This document shows positions 1-4,229 of a stretch of 4,229 nucleotides of DNA, one piece after another; within the stretch, counting starts at the first letter, position 1, and every line of letters begins with the position of its first letter. Made by a program: the position numbers and the translations under genes. The notes below the pieces were generated by a model that worked only from the letters and a program-made list of their open reading frames with translations, did not search any database and had not been told where the DNA came from. The DNA comes from Naegleria gruberi (taxonomy: Eukaryota). The stretch is taken from the NCBI GenBank assembly GCA_000004985.1, contig GG739160.1; one strand, written 5' to 3'.

Positions 1-960
1 GAATGTCTTCATATTCTGCATTGATCATTTCCCAGCCTTTCTGAACTATTACAAGATTATGCTTGAATAATTCCATTGCAATTTTGTCTTTGGAGTTATT
101 CTCATAAGTTTTGGAACGCTTGGCTATTTCTTCTTGAATCATTTCTACTTTCTTTGATGAAATCTTCTTTTTGGCAAGTGATTGACTGGCATTGGCAGTT
201 GTTTTTTCATGTTCTTTAGGAGAAAAAGCAGCTCTATACGAATCAAAAGTTGGATCCAAACGTTTTCTCATTTCATACGAGCCAGAAAAAATTATTTCAT
301 TATCAACTTGATGCATGAGAATCTTTTTGAGATAAACGAGAGTGAAAATAGTGCACATCTTGTCCTGAGTTTCGGTTAATCTTGTTCCCTCAATAACGTC
401 TCCCTCAATTTCATGAAATTGAACTGATAATTGCTTTCTCAATATGAAATTGCTGAGAAGATTACAGACGAAACAAAGCTTGTGTTGAGGAGAAAGATTA
501 TCGTACATATTTCTGAAAACAGTGTTATGTGAAAAGAAGCCACTATATTCAACAAAGACTATTCACCAAGATGATGATTAACAACCTTATTCGAAACAAG
601 TTTAAACTTACCTTCCTTTTCAGGATGAGAAACATTCAAATCTACAAAACGCTCCCAATCTCTAATAATTCGTGGAATCAACAATTTGAATAATTCACAA
701 TACTCTTCATACATTGGCAATCTCTCCAAAGGAAATGCTATAACTTTACTACACAATTCGTCCCAATCATACATGCCAGTCCTTTCGTATTTGGTGTTGA
801 GTAATTGCTCAGCCTTTGGAAGTGATTCACCCATTCCTGTGAGCCAATCCTCTAAAACTTGTTTCTTTTGACTCTCACTCATATTGGCAAAGGCTTTGAG
901 AATGTATTTAACGCAACAAATTGATTTTGAAAACTTACCCTTGAGGAATTGTGTTGACAT
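1..960 (-). CDS. Hypothetical soluble protein, 5' end in window, 3' end beyond left edge. Proposed two-exon model: exon 1 = 960..612, intron = 611..559, exon 2 = 558..1. N-terminus MSTQFLKGKFSKSICCVKYILKAF...; after the junction ...HPEKE|VFVEYSGFFSHNTVFRNMYDNLSPQHKLCFV...AEYEDI...
   Basis: ATG at 960-958 sits in an AAAAAAAATG context. The 133-aa ORF (559..960) ends at a TAG at 561-559. A second minus-strand frame is open with no stop from 562 down to position 1 (187 codons, internal Met at 508-506). It is absent from the ORF track because it has no stop and runs off the edge; I translated it by hand. The two frames differ by 1 nt and are bridged exactly by a GT-AG interval (see intron feature). 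The composition is K/E/L-rich and looks like real protein. I could not recognise a domain family from the sequence alone. Confidence 0.7.
559..611 (-). other. Putative 53-nt spliceosomal intron on the minus strand. Donor GAAG|GTAAGT at 612/611-606. Acceptor AATAG| at 560-559, where the TAG stop of the unspliced 133-aa ORF is the acceptor itself. Possible branch-like TTAAT about 20 nt upstream of the 3' splice site.
   Basis: Seen directly: the minus-strand sequence reads gaa g|gtaagtttaaacttgtttcgaataaggttgttaatcatcatcttggtgaatag|tc ttt gtt. Removing 53 nt (phase 1) rebuilds the codon G+TC=GTC and lands exactly in the only frame that stays open to the window edge. The alternative explanation is a 1-nt indel error in the assembly near 559-565. 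Confidence 0.5.
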
Positions 961-1124
961 TTTTTTTTGGTTGTTTTTTCAAGAAACTAACTCTCAAAGG
1001 AGGAACATATTGGGCTAGGCTTGTGAGACAATATTGTAAACAAAGCTACTGGAGGCTATTTTTTTCAAAGCCTTTGTTTTTCTAGGTTCATTTCAAAACA
1101 ACTAGTTTAACAAGTTTGGTTGGT

Positions 1125-1135
1125 GGTTCGATTCC
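1125..1135 (+). other. Pol III B-box / tRNA T-arm consensus 11-mer GGTTCGATTCC in intergenic DNA. It could be a tRNA-derived or SINE-like relic, and it is not a foldable tRNA.
   Basis: It is an exact match to GGTTCGANTCC. The chance expectation for a specific 11-mer in an ~8.5-kb two-strand search space is about 0.002. I could not build an acceptor stem or a T stem around it (GGTGG pairs with CCTGG at only 2 bp), and there is no clear A-box (the closest is AGCTACTGGAG near 1045). Confidence 0.2.
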
Positions 1136-1242
1136 TGGCGCTGTTAAAAATAGTTATTACTGGTGGTTTCCATTATTCATTAATTCTTTATGAGTATATT
1201 AGTTTGTTGTATCAAAGTTTGTATTAAGAAGTTAAAAAGAAG

Positions 1243-1577
1243 TTAGTGCCAATTTGGCTTATTACTGTTTTCCCGTCGAGATCTGTGTTGTTCAACAGTT
1301 CTTTCCACTTCCTTTGTGAATGCTCCTTCATGTGTATCCATCCAAAACTGGACAGCTAAATGGATGGACATAATAAGAGGTGAAATGAGTTCCAATCCTC
1401 TCACTTTGAACTTGGCAACTGAGAAAACAACCATTATTAAAACTAAAGAAGCAAACAATGATCCGGCCAATAGTTTGATTAAAATTTCAATGGTACATTC
1501 ATACAGATCTTGTACATCCGTTTTTCTAAATGTTCCTTTTAACTTTTCATGAGCAGTATGAAGAATTGCCATACTAA
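1243..1577 (-). CDS. Possible C-terminal continuation of the membrane protein in a shifted frame, which could equally be a pseudogenised tail: ...VISMAILHTAHEKLKGTFRKTDVQDLYECTIEILIKLLAGSLFASLVLIMVVFSVAKFKVRGLELISPLIMSIHLAVQFWMDTHEGAFTKEVERTVEQHRSRRENSNKPNWH*, with a TAA at 1245-1243.
   Basis: This is a 112-codon open frame (track ORF 1243..1581, GTG start overlapping the upstream TGA) on the same strand. It begins inside the stop codon of the 360-aa ORF. The upstream ORF ends in the middle of a hydrophobic helix (…LVIPLMMLIVAAL*). A 1-nt shift in the gct-gct-ttg-tga run would give a complete 23-residue helix (LVIPLMMLIVAAL-VISMAILHTA), then HEKLKGTFRK, then two more TM helices and a charged tail. 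The open-frame length and the TM periodicity both argue that this is coding. A separate eukaryotic gene starting 6 nt after another gene's stop is implausible. Confidence 0.45.
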
Positions 1578-2842
1578 TCACAAAGCAGCCACTATTAACA
1601 TCATTAGAGGAATTACCAGAGGATTAACAATATTCAAATGATATAATAAATATGAATCTTCACATATCTCTCTGATAATAATAACTAAAAAGAAACAAGC
1701 TAAGGTTGGTATGAAATGGGATTTTTCAAATAGAGAGGGAAATTGACATCTTTTTCTTATTGTTTCTTTGTTACAATTTTCAAATAAATAGTAAATCAGC
1801 CAAAGAAAGGAAGCAAATACTATGTAAAGCATTGAGCCAATCGCATCAAAATAATAAAATAGGTGTTGTTCCCATACACTTAAGCGTTGATTGTAAAGAT
1901 AAAATTTTGTTTTCTTTGTGACCCAGTAAAAAACAATTCCACTCAAAAATATACATCCTATGACAACTCTAATAAAATAGTAAATAAACATTTTTGCTTT
2001 TTGAACCAGTGCACCACATGTAGATGTATGGTTAACAAAATCAATCAGTATACTGGCCCACAATATGATTGTAGAAAATGAAATGCAAGTTATTAATCCT
2101 CCATACGAAATCAAAATGTTATGATTTGGAGGCTGTTCTGTGAAAAATACCCATCCCAAAGATAATAACCCCAATGACACAAACATATTCTTTCCTGTAA
2201 ACGAATTCTTTCGAATTTTGAATAATGGTATCACATTAAAAAACATTTTTTTCACCAGGAATAAAGCCACATAGGAAAAACTCATTTCCCATTCGAAAGT
2301 TTTCTTTTCTTCAGAATTGAAACAACAGCAACAAGTAATTTCTTTGTCTTGATGATTTTGTTCAAGGAAACCTTCATTTTCTTCACCGTCTGATTCACTT
2401 TCTGCCTCTTCAATGTTGTCTGAATTTGAAGTAGTTTGAGAAGTTCCAATATCTTTAAGTTCTATTGATCCACTATTAGATGGTGGTGCATTAGGAATTG
2501 CTAGTGTTATTGTTGATGTGGAAATGGTTTTACCTTCTGAAACTGAAGGATTATTGTTTGAAGAAGGTACATGTTTACGAACCTTTTTCTCTCTTTCATG
2601 TTTACAACATCCAAGGTAGAGTATCAGAATAATTGCACCTATTAATTGAGCAGCAATCACAATAGAATATGGAAAATAAAATAGTTGAATGCTTTCGGCA
2701 GGTTTGTCATTAATTGGATGGCATTCAAAATTTCTACTTGAAACTTCATAACAAACACTAACTGGTTGAGTTCTGTCAAAACATCCTTTGACTTGTTGGA
2801 TAACATCACGATAACTACTGATAGTAATATTCTCAGAAGGGA
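1578..2842 (-). CDS. Main body of a multi-pass membrane protein, with its 5' side interrupted by the assembly gap. Ectodomain tail ...PSENITISSYRDVIQQVKGCFDRTQPVSVCYEVSSRNFECHPINDKPAESIQLFYFPYS. TM1 IVIAAQLIGAIILILYLGCC. Then a ~110-aa acidic Ser/Thr-rich loop (…EEAESESDGEENEG…EITCCCCFNSEEKK…). Then at least 6 hydrophobic helices up to the TGA at 1580-1578.
   Basis: The ORF track lists 1578..2660 (360 aa), but the codon at 2660-2658 is GTG (plus-strand 'cac'), so the track is using alternative start codons. By hand, the same frame stays open for a further 61 codons upstream to the gap edge at 2842, with no ATG, so the 'M' at 2660 is an artefact. There is an N-glycosylation sequon (NIT) and 3 Cys in the ectodomain stub. 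KHEREKKVRK after TM1 follows the positive-inside rule. Helices include MFVSLGLLSLGWVFF, ILISYGGLITCISFSTIILWASILIDFV, MFIYYFIRVVIGCIFLSGIVFYWV, LFYYFDAIGSMLYIVFASFLWLIYYLF, FIPTLACFFLVIII and LVIPLMMLIVAAL. Confidence 0.8.
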
Positions 2843-3061
2843 NNNNNNNNNNNNNNNNNNNNNNNNNNNNNNNNNNNNNNNNNNNNNNNNNNNNNNNNNN
2901 NNNNNNNNNNNNNNNNNNNNNNNNNNNNNNNNNNNNNNNNNNNNNNNNNNNNNNNNNNNNNNNNNNNNNNNNNNNNNNNNNNNNNNNNNNNNNNNNNNNN
3001 NNNNNNNNNNNNNNNNNNNNNNNNNNNNNNNNNNNNNNNNNNNNNNNNNNNNNNNNNNNNN
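2843..3061. other. Assembly gap (219 N) lying inside the ectodomain-coding part of the membrane-protein gene.
   Basis: There is a run of n characters. Coding frames are open on both flanks on the minus strand. Confidence 0.99.
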
Positions 3062-3201
3062 CTACTCTCTTGTACAGTTAATTTTCCATACAGGTCCTTG
3101 ACATCATTTTGCCATGAACGAAGATTACAAGCAAGACAAAATGTTGTGTGAAAACCAAGAAGAAAAATAAGCAGTGCCAACAACAGCATATGTGATGACA
3201 T
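3062..3201 (-). CDS. N-terminal segment (start codon plus signal peptide) of the same membrane-protein gene: MSSHMLLLALLIFLLGFHTTFCLA|CNLRSWQNDVKDLYGKLTVQES..., running into the N gap.
   Basis: ATG at 3201-3199 in a cataaaaATG context. It has a classic n/h/c signal-peptide layout with a predicted cleavage after CLA. It is on the same strand and orientation as the ORF that resumes at 2842, and the gap is only 219 nt of N's. There is a TATAAAAG element 50 nt upstream. The link to the downstream ORF is an inference because the true gap length and frame are unknown. Confidence 0.65.
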
Positions 3202-3250
3202 TTTTATGTTGCATTTGTTGGCAAATAATTTTCTTTTTCGATTTAAATTC

Positions 3251-3258
3251 TATAAAAG
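3251..3258. promoter_or_regulatory. Consensus TATA box TATAAAAG (plus-strand reading), 50 nt upstream of the minus-strand ATG at 3201.
   Basis: It is an exact match to the canonical TATA(A/T)A(A/T)(A/G), embedded in cgatttaaattcTATAAAAGggc. The distance fits a short 5'UTR for the membrane-protein gene. It is about 350 nt from the CHIP ATG and so is probably not the CHIP core element. Confidence 0.5.
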
Positions 3259-3322
3259 GGCAACTAACCCAAGATTCGGAACAAAACTATCATATACAAT
3301 ACTAATAGCAATATAGACATCC

Positions 3323-3360
3323 TGGCTTAATATCTTATTAGAAGAGGAGGTATTAAGCCA
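3323..3360. repeat. 10-bp perfect inverted repeat TGGCTTAATA …18 nt… TATTAAGCCA, with a purine-rich spacer tcttattagaagaggagg.
   Basis: Seen directly: 3323-3332 is the reverse complement of 3351-3360. It lies near the centre of the divergent promoter. It is a candidate palindromic transcription-factor site or a hairpin. Confidence 0.5.
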
Positions 3361-3540
3361 TTTTTTAAATTTTCTAAATTATTTACGTTTGAGATAAATG
3401 GCGGGAAACTTTAACCTCAAACAAATTGAAATTCCTCATCGGACAATTTAATTTGTGCTTTTGTGCTCTTATTTAACCTCCCTCAATTTCTCAACTTGAA
3501 AAAAAATACATCCAACGAGGAACCACGAAATCTTTGCCAA

Positions 3541-3551
3541 TTTTTTTAAAG
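3541..3551 (+). promoter_or_regulatory. TATA-like A/T element TTTTTTTAAAG about 57-67 nt upstream of the CHIP ATG.
   Basis: An A/T stretch at a position typical for a core promoter in a compact genome. The match to the consensus is weak. Confidence 0.25.
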
Positions 3552-3607
3552 AAAACGTGATTCGGAAGTTATTAGAATTTACCTGTTGCGATCATCAATA
3601 TTAAAAA

Positions 3608-4229
3608 ATGGATTTTCAAAAGGCTGCAGCCAAGTTGAAGGAACGAGGCAATGAACACTTTAAAAAGAATGAATTATCGGAGGCTATTAAATGTTATCAA
3701 CAAGCCTTTGAACATGATGAAGATGCCTTCTTTAAAACAAACTTGGCTCTTTGTTATATTAAATTAAAACAATATGAGAAGGCTACGGAGGAGTGTAAAT
3801 CTGCAATCAAGTTGAATCCAAAGTTTGTAAAGGCTTATTTCTTGTTGGGAGAATGTCATTTGAATTGTTTGAATTATGAGCAAGCTGAGAGTGCTTATTT
3901 GAAAGCTGAAGTATTGGCTAAGGAATTACATAATACATCCAAATCTATATTGCTGAATATTTATAAAGGAGTTGATAGATCGAGAGCAAGGAGATATGAG
4001 AAACAAGAACAGGAGAGACAATCAGTAGTTGCAGAATTGAAAAAGTATGTCGAAAAGACGATGGACAATTATGAAAATATGGGAATGGTCAAATCATCAA
4101 CTGAAAGAGAAGAGTTTAATCTGAAAAAGTTTCAATTAGAGTCCTTCTTTGAACAGAATTTGCATCCACACAAGGAAACTGAAGTCCCAGATGTTTTGTG
4201 TTGTAAAATAACCTATACTATTATGAGAG
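3608..4229 (+). CDS. CHIP: CHIP/STUB1-type E3 ubiquitin ligase (TPR + U-box co-chaperone), 5' end complete, 3' end beyond the window. MDFQKAAAKLKERGNEHFKKNELSEAIKCYQQAF…TNLALCYIKLKQYEKATEECKSAIKLNPKFVKAYFLLGECHLNCLNYEQAESAYLKAEVLAKE…RRYEKQEQERQSVVAELKKYVEK…EVPDVLCCKITYTIMR
   Basis: I translated this by hand. The frame is open for 207 codons from the ATG at 3608 (preceded by an in-frame TAA at 3602-3604, context ttaaaaaATGg) to the window end. It is missing from the ORF track because it has no stop. It contains three TPR motifs that align with human CHIP (TNRALCYLKMQQHEQA / [33 protein letters not shown]), then a charged coiled-coil segment, then the first residues of the U-box (human DIPDYLCGKISFELM). 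The human comparison is from memory and not from a search. Confidence 0.85.
   Translation, partial: MDFQKAAAKLKERGNEHFKKNELSEAIKCYQQAFEHDEDAFFKTNLALCYIKLKQYEKATEECKSAIKLNPKFVKAYFLLGECHLNCLNYEQAESAYLKAEVLAKELHNTSKSILLNIYKGVDRSRARRYEKQEQERQSVVAELKKYVEKTMDNYENMGMVKSSTEREEFNLKKFQLESFFEQNLHPHKETEVPDVLCCKITYTIMR

Larger units (their letters stand above)
3202..3607. promoter_or_regulatory. Divergent (bidirectional) intergenic promoter region between the membrane-protein gene (-) and CHIP (+).
   Basis: This is 406 bp between two head-to-head ATGs (3201 and 3608). It contains the TATAAAAG, the inverted repeat and the repeated short motifs listed separately. No ORF of its own is supported. Confidence 0.6.

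Noticed and set aside
182-379. 65-aa plus-strand ORF
   Set aside because: It is antisense to the long open minus-strand coding frame (1..558). It is a shadow ORF with low-complexity, implausible protein sequence.
686-871. 61-aa plus-strand ORF
   Set aside because: It is antisense to exon 1 of the minus-strand hypothetical gene. It is a shadow ORF.
894-938. A second GGTAAGTTT donor-like motif near the N-terminus of gene 1, with an in-frame 45-nt GT…AG interval
   Set aside because: The acceptor would be AAAG (no pyrimidine before the AG). The interval is a multiple of 3, so its retention keeps the frame. The motif simply encodes Gly-Lys-Phe, as does the second copy. Nothing requires splicing here.
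1060-1147. A functional tRNA gene around the GGTTCGATTCC motif
   Set aside because: I found no 7-bp acceptor stem complementary to the sequence after the T-arm. The T stem has only 2 Watson-Crick pairs. There is no canonical A-box at the right spacing. I kept it only as a B-box-like relic.
1316-1552. 78-aa plus-strand ORF
   Set aside because: It is antisense to the 112-codon minus-strand frame that looks like a membrane-protein continuation. The translation has no domain-like character.
1578-1580. Reading the TGA as a sense codon (a TGA=Trp/Cys genetic code) to extend the membrane protein
   Set aside because: The A-frame would run only 14 more codons to …MKS-TAA. The one-nucleotide-shifted B-frame is open for 112 codons and contains well-formed TM helices and loops. 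No other gene in the window needs TGA as sense.
1243-1581. The 112-aa minus-strand ORF as an independent gene (first real ATG at 1572)
   Set aside because: It would start 6 nt after the stop of the upstream gene with no room for a promoter, which is implausible for a monocistronic eukaryote. Its TM-rich content fits a frameshifted continuation of the membrane protein better.
1887-2081. 64-aa plus-strand ORF
   Set aside because: It lies wholly inside, and antisense to, the well-supported membrane-protein CDS.
2766-3101. 111-aa plus-strand ORF spanning the N gap
   Set aside because: It consists mostly of X translated from N's. Its ends are antisense to minus-strand coding sequence. It is an artefact.
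1-4229. A prokaryotic interpretation (GTG starts, operon-like tandem genes, hunting for defence or CRISPR systems)
   Set aside because: There are no Shine-Dalgarno motifs, repeat arrays or mobile-element hallmarks. The content is a eukaryotic CHIP orthologue, a signal peptide with an ER-type architecture, TATAAAAG and A-rich Kozak-like contexts, and a GTAAGT/YAG intron.

Overview
This is an AT-rich (~32% GC), gene-dense eukaryotic window containing three protein-coding genes and a 219-nt assembly gap of N's (2843-3061). The sequence is not prokaryotic. It encodes a TPR+U-box CHIP/STUB1 orthologue, a protein with a cleavable signal peptide, all three start codons sit in an 'AAAAATG' context, there are TATA elements, and there is a likely GT-AG intron.

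Gene 1 is on the minus strand and runs off the left edge. Its start codon is at 960-958. The 133-aa ORF at 559..960 and a long minus-strand open frame at 1..562 that is missing from the ORF track are most simply joined by a 53-nt GTAAGT...TAG intron at 559-611. The product is a hypothetical soluble protein.

Gene 2 is also on the minus strand and encodes a large multi-pass membrane protein. Its true start is the ATG at 3201, which opens a textbook signal peptide. The coding sequence then enters the N gap and resumes in an open frame at 2842. The first TM helix follows, then a ~110-aa acidic Ser/Thr-rich loop containing a CCCC motif, then at least 6 more TM helices. The ORF track's 360-aa 'M' start at 2660 is a GTG artefact and not a real start. 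This gene appears to end mid-helix at a TGA at 1580-1578. A 112-codon open frame immediately downstream (to a TAA at 1245-1243) would add two more TM helices and a charged tail if a 1-nt frameshift is allowed. That points to an indel error, a pseudogene or a real frameshift.

Gene 3 is on the plus strand from 3608 to beyond 4229 and is a clear CHIP/STUB1 orthologue. It has three TPR motifs, a charged coiled-coil region and the beginning of the U-box (EVPDVLCCKITYTIM against human DIPDYLCGKISFELM). It is transcribed divergently from gene 2 across a 406-bp shared promoter region (3202-3607). That region contains a consensus TATAAAAG, a 10-bp inverted repeat and short repeated motifs.

The intergenic region between genes 1 and 2 contains a perfect Pol III B-box / tRNA T-loop 11-mer (GGTTCGATTCC), but I could not fold a tRNA around it. 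I found no CRISPR arrays, rRNA genes or obvious transposons. Nothing in the window forms a defined multi-gene 'system'. The most unusual element is the architecture of the membrane protein.
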